Source: Azolla caroliniana
Lineage: Eukaryota; Plantae; Polypodiophyta
Direction of reading: 5' to 3'
Length of the DNA stretch: 64,000 nt
Assembly (NCBI GenBank): GCA_043228905.1
Contig: JBHGNT010000011.1
Span: forward strand, 186,001-250,000
In this document: in pieces, positions 1 through 10,591 of the stretch
Position numbering within the stretch: the stretch's first letter is position 1
Layout: each line of letters opens with the position of its first letter
Notes under the pieces: model-generated
The model's database searches: none
The model's input: the letters and a program-made list of their open reading frames with translations, nothing else
What the model was told of the DNA's origin: nothing
Made by a program: the position numbers and the translations under genes

Positions 1-610
1 ATGATGGAGTTGCTACTATTGCGAAGACGAACATGGCCTCATTCCCCCCTTCCTCCCGCAACTGTTGTAAAGAGATGGGCGACAACTCCGGGGATCTATT
101 AGCACATGTAGGAGAGAGGGATGCGGGATTTGTGCTTTTTTCCCGAGTCTCCTCAATTGTTCTTTTCATCCAATCAATCTTCGGGTTATGGAGTTCAAAC
201 CAGGGGAGACCTAGAACTATTGGGTGGTCCGGACTACGAATAATATTGAAAGAGATTAGGCTTGCCAAATTGCCAAGAACTATCCTAATTGGCTCGGACT
301 CCTCGACTATATCTCCTGATGCTATGGGACGTCCATCGATGACTCCTACGGCTACTGGGTTGGGAAGCTTATTCAAGAGGATGTTTTGTGACAAGGAAAA
401 TTCACGATCCATGAAACAAGAGTTGGCTCCAGAATCTAGAAGGGCAGAGGCTAGGACTCGATGACATGTAGATGTGGTAAGCTCGACTTGTGCTGAAAAA
501 ACTCGACTCACTTGATTTGATGAAATGGAACCACGACTAGGAACTAACTCTACATAGCTAGGATGGTCCAGCCAAATGGCTCCTATTTTGGCCGGACTTA
601 CTCGTTTAAC
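1..610 (-). CDS. pol: Pol N-terminus (aspartic protease), -1 frame relative to gag, no own ATG at the junction
   Basis: Manual translation from 610 gives VKRVSPAKIGAIWLDHPSYVELV...VLASALLDSGANSCFMDREF; open from the slippery site through the protease motif. Confidence 0.85.
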
Positions 611-1722
611 ACATCCTCTAATTGACTCAAGACATCGAATCTATTCTCATGACATGGACTATGAGGCTTATTTATGTTATTAGAAGTAACAATAGAACTC
701 GATGTAGGGTTTTCATGGGCACTTACTTGGTATACTTGACGCCTAGGTTTATGTGGACAATTTATAGCTATATGTCCTGGACCACCACAATACAGGCAGA
801 GGCGATGCGCTCGACGTCGTTGCTTCTCAGCATCTGATAACGGCCCACGACGTTGTGTTGACTCTATTTCCATCGGAGTTGGGCCATCCCTTGTAATGGG
901 TCTAGAAACTTGTGGAGGCGTTGCGACTACGGAAGCGTAAGTCTGTTCAGGTTGGCGGCGTAACATTTGTTGGCGCTCAGAACGTCGCTCAAATAGGCGA
1001 TTATCACATCGCACAGCTCGACTAATGGCTTCTGTAAGTGACTTCGGATCTTCAGGGAAAGTAAGAAGAAGATCTTTGACATCATTTCTCAAACCTTGAC
1101 GAAATTGATCCATTAAAGCTGCCTCATCCCAAGGGATATCGCATGCCAAGAGACGGAAATCGGCTGCATAAGACGACGCGGGACGATCTCCTTGTCGGAG
1201 CCTTCGAATCTTGTTTATCGCCGTCCTAGTGCTGTCGGTGTCTCCGAAACTAGCTTGAAACTCTTTAACAAAGGCCTCGAAATCCTCCAGCAATGGTGAT
1301 TTCTTCTCGAGAAGTGGTGCGAACCATGCTAACGCCGTACCGCATAGCAAAGTTCCCACTAATCCCACACGAGCAGCATCAGTTGGATACCGATTGGGAT
1401 GTAGCTGAATAACTAAACGAACTTGATTCAAAAAGCCTCGAAATAAAGATCTCATACCATCAAACTTGGCAGGGAGGCTGATCTTTGGCTCTCTAGGGGA
1501 GTTCTGAGCCCCCGACGCTTGCTCTCGTAATGACAATATAGTCGCCTCAAGTTGATGAACCCGCTGTGATAACTCTTCATATTGTTGAGCTTTTTCGGCG
1601 CTCACGTGCTGTAGATCTCCAAGTAGCCTTTGATTCTCATGCTCTAATGCCACAAATTTATTCGTGAGCATGTCGAGCTCAGAAAGAACACGCATGTATT
1701 CTTGTTTGCTCACGGACTCCAT
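598..1722 (-). CDS. gag: Gag: coiled-coil N-terminus, retrotransposon-gag capsid domain, CCHC knuckle (CLYCGGPGHIAINC)
   Basis: Intact 374-aa ORF with PKISLPAKFDG, LRQG, FRQGL and PTPMEI motifs typical of sushi/PEG10-like Gag. Confidence 0.92.
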   Translation of the reverse strand: MESVSKQEYMRVLSELDMLTNKFVALEHENQRLLGDLQHVSAEKAQQYEELSQRVHQLEATILSLREQASGAQNSPREPKISLPAKFDGMRSLFRGFLNQVRLVIQLHPNRYPTDAARVGLVGTLLCGTALAWFAPLLEKKSPLLEDFEAFVKEFQASFGDTDSTRTAINKIRRLRQGDRPASSYAADFRLLACDIPWDEAALMDQFRQGLRNDVKDLLLTFPEDPKSLTEAISRAVRCDNRLFERRSERQQMLRRQPEQTYASVVATPPQVSRPITRDGPTPMEIESTQRRGPLSDAEKQRRRAHRLCLYCGGPGHIAINCPHKPRRQVYQVSAHENPTSSSIVTSNNINKPHSPCHENRFDVLSQLEDVLNE

Positions 1723-1810
1723 AGCTTATGAGGGGAGAGGAGAAGGAAGAAGAGAACTTGTTAGGGTTTGTGGAAGACGAAGAGATGAAAGGAAAAAAAT
1801 TGGTTCAAAC

Positions 1811-2189
1811 TGTCAAGACTGAGAGAGAGAAAGAGAGAGAAAAAGAGATAGAGAGATAATTGAAAGAGAATTATTATATTGAAGCGTAAAATGGATTACA
1901 AAGAGTAGGTTACAAAATGGCGTTGAACCAATTTAGGTTTGGGATGGGTGGTAGATCCCTATTTATAAGTAATAGAGAACTCTCTAGAATATTCTAGGTT
2001 ATCCTAGAATGTAGAGTAATCTAGAAGATCTCTAGAGTATTCTAGAAGGTTCTAGTGGTATAGAACACTCTAGAATATTCTAGGTCATTCTAGAATGTAG
2101 AGTAATATAGAATATTCCTATGATATTAGATTTCATATTCTAGAGACTATACATATAAGAATATTAATACAATGGTTAAGGATTTGACA
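1811..2189 (-). repeat. 5' LTR of the Gypsy element (TGTCAA...TTGACA) with TATAAAT at 1967-1961 and many TCTAGA-containing repeats in U3
   Basis: Terminal inverted TGTCAA ends; TATA box; recurring tctagaa motifs at about 1980-2145. Confidence 0.85.
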
Positions 2190-2274
2190 TGTGTACAACA
2201 AGGTTGTGGGTTCAAATCCTTTCGAGTCATAATGTGAGTGTCATGATCCTTTCGATGCATGATGTGACTGTTAT

Positions 2275-3826
2275 CATGACAGGAACCATTCTTGATGAGA
2301 CGTCATATGGTTCGAGGCACTGGAGTTGATGAACCATACATCTTCTGGTCCGGAGGCACTAGTTGAAGTTGAAGCCGACATAGAATTTGCTCTATGTCTC
2401 ATCGTGAACATTCTGCCACGATCGTCATAGTCGGAATTGGTGGCGTAATTCATGAGTTGTCGGCTAGTGGAAGCCGACTCACGCACTTCTTATGAAACTC
2501 TTCTTTGTGGTGACCGATTTTCCCGCAATATCCGCATTCGATCGAGTTTTGTCGGCTCGGACCGGAATGGAAACTCCCCCTTCTTCCAAAGGTTCCTCAA
2601 TGGGTTCCCTTTTGATGCTAAAATTGCAAGTTGTTTTCGTAAGTCGGGCCTCGTCCGCCTCGTCCTTGGCCGATTCGGCCTCTTCTTGCAGGACCACGTC
2701 CTCTTCCTCTGTCCAAGTGTGAGTAAAGCATGTGGCCTTCCGAGATGTTGCTCCTTGTTCGAACATGGTTTTCTTCGACCAACAACATGGATTGAAGATC
2801 AAAGAAGGAGGGCGGATTCTCTCATCCTAGTACAGTGGTCCTCATCGTGCTAAACCGTGGTGCAAGGCTGCCAAGGCATATTTGCACCATCTCATCATCT
2901 TCCACATTGACGCTTATCGATCCAAGCGAGTCGCAAAGCTTTGTTGTTCAACTCTTGGCGGAATTGAAGCTTTCTCACGGTTGTGTTGGCGGCGAAAATC
3001 TTTCGTAGATTCTCCCACGTTTCCTTTGTGTCTCAGCTTCTTGAATGTAGCCGAGCATGTGGTCGTGAACACATGTCGCCAAGCAATACATCACTTAGCT
3101 TGCCGCTTGCTCCCATCTTTCGGGTCGGGTCGGTTTTCTTGGTGCATCTTGTACTCCCAAGATGCAAAGTTGTTTCGATCTAGCTTCTCGCTAGGGAGAA
3201 CGCTCCCCATTTGAGTATTCATTGTCGATGAAGATTTATTTTCTTTTCCTTCTCTCTCGAATATGAGCTATGTAGTCGCACTACGATAACGATGGGCCAG
3301 TTCTTCTCGAACGTCGGCGTAGAACATAACACACGCGTATGGGCTAGATCGATCTACCAAACCGCTCTGGTACCATGTAAAGAATCGGGTATGATTCTTG
3401 TGTAGCGGAAGAGATGTGTGTTATGTGTATGTGTGAGAGGAATTAGAGGAGAGAAGAGAGAACACAAGATAGATAGGAAAAGGAATACTCAAGAAGAAGG
3501 TGTATATTCACAAGTAAAATAACAAATACAAAATGTAGCATTACAAGGAGTCACAACTGACTTTGTATCAAGTATGAGGAGGGTGCTTTATATGTAGTCA
3601 CCCTCTCTCTTCATTAACTAACTACAACAACCACTCTCTCTTGGGGAATGTGAAGACTCATAGTCATGGGGAATACGTAACTCATTAGTTATGTGTCATA
3701 GAATATGATTCTATGACACATAGTTAATGTGTAGAGAGTAGTAGTGTGACTCTTGACCTTTGAGTAATCATAGATTCTCAAAAGGTGTGTTCACATGTTG
3801 CAGTATGTTGAGCTTGATTCTCAATA
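2275..3826 (-). mobile_element. Truncated Ty1/Copia (family A): 5' LTR 3376-3826, PBS 3364-3375, decayed gag to start of protease
   Basis: PBS TGGTACCAGAGC (tRNA-iMet-like); EKLDRNNFASWEYKMHQ and WFINSSASNHMTSH; LTR similar to 43642-44092 and 60904-61328. Confidence 0.88.
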
Positions 3827-4517
3827 GTCACTAATTTGATTATATTGTAAGATACTTTTATAATTAGCTACCAAAAAGTGAAAGCTACATCTAATATGGG
3901 GCGATGGTTGAGAATCGAGGATCAAGAATAAGTAATGGAAATATTAATCTTTCAGCTGCAATGCAAAAGGGAGAAGAGTATGTTATGTACGTAAAAAAGA
4001 AGAAGGGGGAGAGGTGAGGTGAGCCACGTGCACCCCGTGCCATCAGTCAGTGCACCAACAGTCAGAAGGATTGATTGGATAATATGATCTTTTAATATGG
4101 AGTTCCATTTTTCAATGACCACATGATGGTCCATCAACAGAGATGAGGTGAACACATGCAACATGTGCAGAGTAGCAACAACAATGGATAATGAATAAGA
4201 AGGAAGGGAGGAAGGTGGGAGGGGTTCAAGCGTGTTATACATGTATCCCCCATACATGCTAAGTGTGAAAAGGCCAAAACTGGTCTTCCACGTAGTAGTG
4301 TGTGGAGAGAGAGTTTGGTGTGTGTGTGAGCGAGTGTGTGAGAGACTTCTTCCTCTTTATTGCTCCCCTCCCCCTCTCTCTCTTGCAGAGATTCACTGCC
4401 TTTCCTCTCTGTTGTAACCTCCACCCTTCTGTTGTATAGAGCGTCGTCTATTGGCCCCTTCTTTGTCCTTGTTGTCCTAGCATTACGATTAAGAGCAGAA
4501 CGAAACAATTCTCCCTT

Positions 4518-4701
4518 GGTTCTCTGCTCTACCTACTCGTAACAAAGAGCTATTATAGGGTTCTTTGCTCTACCTACTCGTAACAAAGAGCTATTATAGG
4601 GTTCTTTGCTCTACCTACTCGTAACAAAGAGCTATTATAGGGTTCTTTGCTCTACCTACTCGTAACAAAGAGCTATTGTAGGGTTCCCTGCTCTACCTAC
4701 A
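4518..4701 (+). repeat. 41-bp tandem repeat, about 4.5 copies (GGTTCTTTGCTCTACCTACTCGTAACAAAGAGCTATTATAG)
   Basis: Units start at 4518, 4559, 4600, 4641 and 4682; about one copy in the partner LTR near 15874. Confidence 0.92.
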
Positions 4702-5395
4702 TCTTCCAAATTATGGGAGGTGCCATTGCTTGGAGATCCCATCTCCAAGATTGTGTCGCATTGTCAACTACAGAGGCTAAGTATGTTGTAGCCAATGAGG
4801 CATGTAAGGAAGCAATTTGGCTGTCTCGATTAGCTAGTGACATGGGTATACCATAACATGTACCCAAATTGTTTTGTGATAGTCAGAGTGCCATTGTTTT
4901 GGCTAAGAATCTGGTATATCATGTGAAGACCAAACATATTGGAGTGCAATACCATTTCATTCGGGAATGCGTAGCTAATGGTTGTATTAGCCTTGAGAAG
5001 ATTGTTTCTTGCGAAAATGCCGCAGATGCATTGACCAAGGGATTACCACAAGTTGCGTCGAAGCATTGTTGTCACTTGATGGGAATCACTTAGTGCCTTA
5101 CGTTACACACTTGTCGTGTACATTGTGTAACATGCCCATCAGGTGGGAGGTATAGGTCTAGGTCTTGTACATGTCAACCTCCCATTATTTGTACTCCTAG
5201 TTTAGGCCTTTTAGTAGGAGATTGTTATACATGTATCCCCCATACATGCTAAGTGTGAAAAGGCCAAAACTGGTCTTCCACCTAGTCACTTAGTAGTAGT
5301 GTGTGGAGAGAGGGTTTGGTGTGTGTGTGTGTGTGTGTGTGTGTGAGCGAGTGTGTTAGAGAGTTCTTCCTGTGGAAAATAAGGAAATATGGAAT

Positions 5396-5448
<53 letters not shown>

Positions 5449-5516
5449 TTGAGTCAATATCAAGCCCAAGAGGGGATGGTAAAAGAAAACGATGTATTGG
5501 AGATAATAGTAATGAC

Positions 5517-6761
5517 ATGTCTTATGTTGATGCAATGCGACAAGATGATATTGAGAAAGATGATGGTCATTGGGAACATTTAAGATGCATGGAAAATATA
5601 TTAATGGAAGATTGTATAAGGGAGAATGTGAAAGTTGCTGAGGAGTTTGTTGACGATGAAGTGGCTAAGGTAGAAATAGACAATAAGAAGTTTTTGGGCT
5701 CATTTGCTAATTTTTGTGATAAAGGGGTCATATTGTTTTTCACGGGAAAGATACCTTTCCTTTGGAGGGTCAAACAATGGTTACGTGGGATTTTACAAGC
5801 TGATTGTGTTCAGGATGTTTATGCTGGTCTTCGTGGATTTTATGAGGTTGTTTTGATATCACAAGAGTATAAAGAGAAATTACTCAATAAATTGCCAGTT
5901 TTTTATGAGAAAAGTTTGGTTCATATTGTTCCGTGGAGACCATTAGTGGAATATCAAGATATATTAAAGCAAGAGTGTCCCATATGGGTTGAGGTGGAGT
6001 GCACATATTCAGTGGTTTGGCCAATATTACGGTCAGCGATGGAAAAGTTGGGAAAGATCTTGGCGCCTCCTAGTGCTAATGCTCAAAATCGATATCGGAT
6101 GTGTATTCTTTGGAATACTACTATAAAGAGGCCAAGTTGTTTACAGATTGCATGTTCTGGTATGCCACCTATGTATTTTCGGCTTAAATGGGGTACATTT
6201 GCAGGACATTGTTTCCATTGTGGTGTGTTGGGGCATTTTATGGCTGAATGTCCTCAAAAAAGAAATAATGTAGTGGAAGTGGTACATGAAGAGCCTACAA
6301 CTCATGATCAGATTCAAGATTTAACAATTTCAGAGCAAACAAAGGAACCACAAATTGTGAATGAGAAGGATGGAAAGACTCTAGAGGATGAAGGACAATG
6401 GTCAATAGTTTCTGGAAAGATGAAGAAGTCTAATAAAAATGTTGGGCATAATGTATCTATGGAGAAGGTCACACCGACACATCCCATGCGGAATAAATCA
6501 TGGGCTCGTCAAGAGGACTATCCAAAGAAATTATCTTTTGATAATAAAGGTAATTTGTATGTTCCTTGGAATAAACGGAAATCGGTGCCTCGTTCACATG
6601 AGGAGCCATCGGGGTCTGGAGTTTTGCATTCCCATAGTAATTCATATGCAATCTTAGAGGATTTATTTCAGGATATGGCAGAAACATTAACAGTGAAGGA
6701 GAAGGAGATTTCTCGAATAAAAGGAAAAAATAAAGTATGCAGATCACCACATGGAATGTGA
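5517..6761 (+). CDS. LINE ORF1 (RRM-like region plus zinc knuckle CFHCGVLGHFMAEC)
   Basis: Open frame; start at MSYVDAMRQ inferred as the first ATG after the GA tract. Confidence 0.8.
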   Translation: MSYVDAMRQDDIEKDDGHWEHLRCMENILMEDCIRENVKVAEEFVDDEVAKVEIDNKKFLGSFANFCDKGVILFFTGKIPFLWRVKQWLRGILQADCVQDVYAGLRGFYEVVLISQEYKEKLLNKLPVFYEKSLVHIVPWRPLVEYQDILKQECPIWVEVECTYSVVWPILRSAMEKLGKILAPPSANAQNRYRMCILWNTTIKRPSCLQIACSGMPPMYFRLKWGTFAGHCFHCGVLGHFMAECPQKRNNVVEVVHEEPTTHDQIQDLTISEQTKEPQIVNEKDGKTLEDEGQWSIVSGKMKKSNKNVGHNVSMEKVTPTHPMRNKSWARQEDYPKKLSFDNKGNLYVPWNKRKSVPRSHEEPSGSGVLHSHSNSYAILEDLFQDMAETLTVKEKEISRIKGKNKVCRSPHGM

Positions 6762-9700
6762 GGGGATTGTGTTCTAGATTTAGAATGCATGAGGTTTGGA
6801 GGATTGTGTTAAGTGAGCAATGGGATGTTTTATGTGTAGTAGAGCATAAAGATCATCAGAATGCTGGTTTAATTAGTTATTCTAAGGGTTATACATTATG
6901 TTATGCTGGCAAGGTTCATGGGGATTATTCTGGGATTGTCATGTTTATAAGAGATAAATTTCACCCAAAAGTAATTGTTTCAGATGAATTTGGAAGATTT
7001 ATTGTGGTAGAGATATGTTAAAGGGCAAGCTATTTGGTTAGTTGGTGTGTATGCATCAAATGTTTCACAAGAACGAAAGTTGTTATGGAGATCTCTAAAC
7101 TCAATGCTTCATAAATTATGGTAGACCGAGTTTATTGATGGGAGATTTTAATGTTTGTTGTGAGACAAATCAATCAACATCTATCCACTCTATTATGGAT
7201 GGACCAGAGGCTCAAGAATGGGGAGATTTTGAGATTGAAGTCATGTTAAGGGATGTATGGAAATGGATCAAGGGAGATGAACCTGGTTATACCTTTCAAT
7301 CGGCTCAATATAAGGATACTTGGAGTAGGTTGGATTGAATGTATGTAATGCATACCAAAGGTTTTTTTACCAGAGATTTTGGATATTTTAGTGTCTTATG
7401 GGTCAATTATATCAGATCATTTCCCATTAATTTTTGAGTTCAATCACCACTCAATTAGAGGTTTTCATGAGTTTTTAGGAAAACCACCGTTGATTTTTAA
7501 TTCATCATTTTTGGATCATGAGGTCTTCCATGCCTATATGTGTCAATTGATTGATGCATTTGCCTATCGTGTTCAATTTGATGGGTATGAAGCGTGGGAA
7601 GTATTTGTTGCAAATGTTCAGAGGTTAACTAGATATTATGGAATTCACCATGCTTTTAAAAGGAGAAAGAAATTAAGTCTCCTAGTTAATTTGCTTGATA
7701 AATGCAACTCATTGTTGACTTATTGGCCAACGGATGTAGAGTTGATGGGATATCAAGAGGTATTAATTTTTGCGATGCATGACCTAACGGCAAAAAATTA
7801 TCAACATGCTAGACTACATCGTCTAAGACAAGAAGTGGATGATGCTAATTGTCAATCACATAAGTTTTTCCATGACCTTCATGAATCACATGCACGACAT
7901 AATGTGGTAAGGTTAGAGGAAAATGGTATCATGTGTTCCGATCCTCGAGAAATTGTGAAGAAATGCATAGAATATTATACACAATTGTTGGATGTACAAG
8001 TGTGTATCGATGATAATGTTAAAAAGGATAGAGATGTATTTTTTAATGGAGTGAAAAATCATGTATCGCATGATGTGGCACAATCATTAGATGCTAATAT
8101 TTCAGAGGATGAGGTGGAACATGTCATGTCACATCTTGCTAATGATAAGAGTCCTGGGTGGGATGGATTAACACATGAACTCTTTAAGAAATATGTGATT
8201 AAGTTAAAGGGGCCTTTTACGATTTTATTTTAGAAGGTGTGGACATCAGGGGAAATGCCTCATTCTTTGAAGATTGGTTTGATCAAGCTTTTGCCGAAGG
8301 TGCCTTCTCCATCTTCCTTTGCTCAATGGAGGCCTATTTCATTGATGGGGGGAATGTACAAGATTTTTGCAAAAGTGATGGCCAATAGGTTGCATAAGGT
8401 TTTACCTTCTATTATTCATAATGCTCAATATGGGTTTTTAGCAAAAAGAGACATTTTACATAATATTTTAAATGTTCAAATGGCAATTGACTATGCAAAG
8501 GAGTCTAAACAAGAATTAGTGTTGCTACAATTGGATATCGAGAAAGCCTATGATAATGTGGATTGGTCATTTATAAATCAATTGATGTCTCATATGGGTT
8601 TTGGTGATCGTATGTCTAAGTTGATATACACATTAGGGGAGGGTTCGGTTTCACATGTGATGTTTAATGGAGGAGTAACCCAACCGATTTCTATTCGGAG
8701 GTCAGTTAGACAAGGATGCCCGGTAAGTCCTTTACTATTCACTATTGTGACACATCCTATTCTTGTTAAGTTACACAATATGGCTATGGGGGAAGAATTG
8801 CTTGGACTAAGGTTGCCATCAGGGAAGCCATGTATTGTTCAAGCTCTCGCAGATGACCATATTATGTTTTTGGCACCTAATCAGGAAAATATTAGTAAGA
8901 CAAGAGATGTGTGGGAATTGTTTTCAAATGCTTCGGGGTTGAGAATTAATATACATAAATCTGTCCTCATTTCATGTACAGAACAAGATGTGTTAGGGTT
9001 GGGGTGGTCAGGAAGGATAGTACATCGTGGTATGATTTGTCATCATCTTGGATATCCAATTGGGGTGGAAGTTTCTCATGTGAAACTTATTGAGTGAGTA
9101 TCCAAAAGGTTGGAGGATAAGTTTATGTATTGGAGGTCTCAATTTTGGCCTTTTCGTGTACGACTTAAGGTGGTCCAATCGATTATGGTCTCTATGGTAT
9201 CTTATTATCTTCCTTTGCTCCCATGGTCAAAGAAAGCTCTTGAAATGTTGTCACGCTCGATGCGAATGTTGTTATGGAAAAGAAAAGGGAAAAGTGCCTT
9301 GTCATGGTTGGCATGGGATCATGTTTGTACTCCGAAGCGTCTTGGTGGGGCATCAATATTGAATCTATATGAGCATATGGTGGCTCGTCGATTTACTTTC
9401 ATTCGATTCATGTTTGAAGGTGTACAACCTTGGACAGAAATGGTGGCATACTTTATAGAGAAGAACGGAATAAAGCTTGGAAACATAAAGGTTGAAGCGA
9501 ATTGGTGGAATGTAATTAATTCTGACAGGGATGTCAAATGTACAGGGTCTATGATAGTTAATCATTTGTTGACATCTTGGCAAAGTATGTTGGATTTTGT
9601 GGAATGGCATCCCCCACAAGGAAGGGGATGTGCCAATTCATTACAAATGGAGGTTTTGGCAACATCAAGGTTGTTGAGGTGGGAAGGTAAACAAATTCTT

Positions 9701-10591
9701 AACCTTCAATTTAATCGGATGGCTAGATTGGGTTTGGTAAGAGTTAAGGATGCTGTGTTGGTTTCACAAAGAAGATTAATGGCTTTTCGAACAATAAGAT
9801 CAACATTTCGTATTCCAAAAGGTTATAACTTTATTTGGGATAAGTTGCAACAAATACTATCTTCGCATGAGCCAATTCCTGATTTAGATGGACGATCTCA
9901 AGAGCTTGATTGGAGGTTTGTTGGAAATAAGAGATTGACTATGATCTCAACAAATGTTGCTTATCACAAGTTGATTGACAAACATAAGTGGTTGGAAGAA
10001 AGGGTTATAAAGATATGGGGTTTTCATAAGCCCATTACTTGGTAGTTTCATGTGATCAAGGCAGGTTGGTGTTCTCGATTGATGCTACGAGCCAAGGTAT
10101 TTATTTGGAGAGTTATGGTTGGAGCTTTACCATTAGGGGATGCATTAAAAAGAAGAAACATTACTAAAGGATTGTGTTTCTTTTGTTCGGTGGAATTGGA
10201 ACATAGTAGGCATCGATTTATTTCATGCCCGATGGCAAGGATGGTTTGGAGGTGTATCAGTTTAGTGTGGATGTCTCTAACAGGAGTAAGTCTATCTTCC
10301 TTCAGTTGGGTTTTTGCACATATGGAGAACAATGAACCGATGCCTCATTTTCAAATTATTTTCGAGTTCTTGAGGTATTGGGGGCTATGGTTCAATTGGA
10401 ATATGCGGAATGCCTTCATTTTTTATTCACAAGTTGGGGTAAGAAAATATGTTCTTAAGTTAAAAGGACTTCTTTTGTGGCAATTGACAGTGCTAGAGAA
10501 GTCACAAAATCTCAACCAAGAAGAGAGAGAACTCTGCAAGGTCACATATCATCATATTCGCCATTTGAATTGGTGTGTAGGGTGGCATTGA
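6737..10591 (+). pseudogene. LINE ORF2 (APE endonuclease, reverse transcriptase, zf-RVT) with several stops and frameshifts
   Basis: TWNVRGL, GDFN, SRLD, SDHFP; KSPGWDG, WRPISL, LDIEKAYD, QGCPVSPLLF, ALADD; CFFCSVELEHSRHRFISC. Confidence 0.9.

Larger units (their letters stand above)
1..2189 (-). mobile_element. Ty3/Gypsy LTR retrotransposon, 5' half (chromovirus Tf1/sushi/Tcn1-like); continues beyond window start
   Basis: 5' LTR at 1811-2189, gag ORF 598-1722, protease in the -1 frame (ALLDSGANSCF, HPIVLGLPWF). Confidence 0.9.

Noticed and set aside
559-585. Alternative pseudoknot stem 2 (TAGGA with TCCTA at 563-559)
   Set aside because: It leaves only 2 nt to span an 11-bp stem; the 533-527 pairing fits the geometry better
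2170-2230. tRNA/SINE-like B-box (GGTTCAAATCC) next to the Gypsy LTR
   Set aside because: No cloverleaf or A-box could be built; at most a SINE remnant
4518-4701. CRISPR-like array of hairpin repeats
   Set aside because: Units are head-to-tail with no unique spacers, there are no cas genes, and it lies in a plant LTR
5301-5516. N-terminal VC/ER-repeat extension of the 486-aa ORF
   Set aside because: It comes from reading through (GT)n and (GA)n tracts of two different LTRs from a GTG start; not part of LINE ORF1
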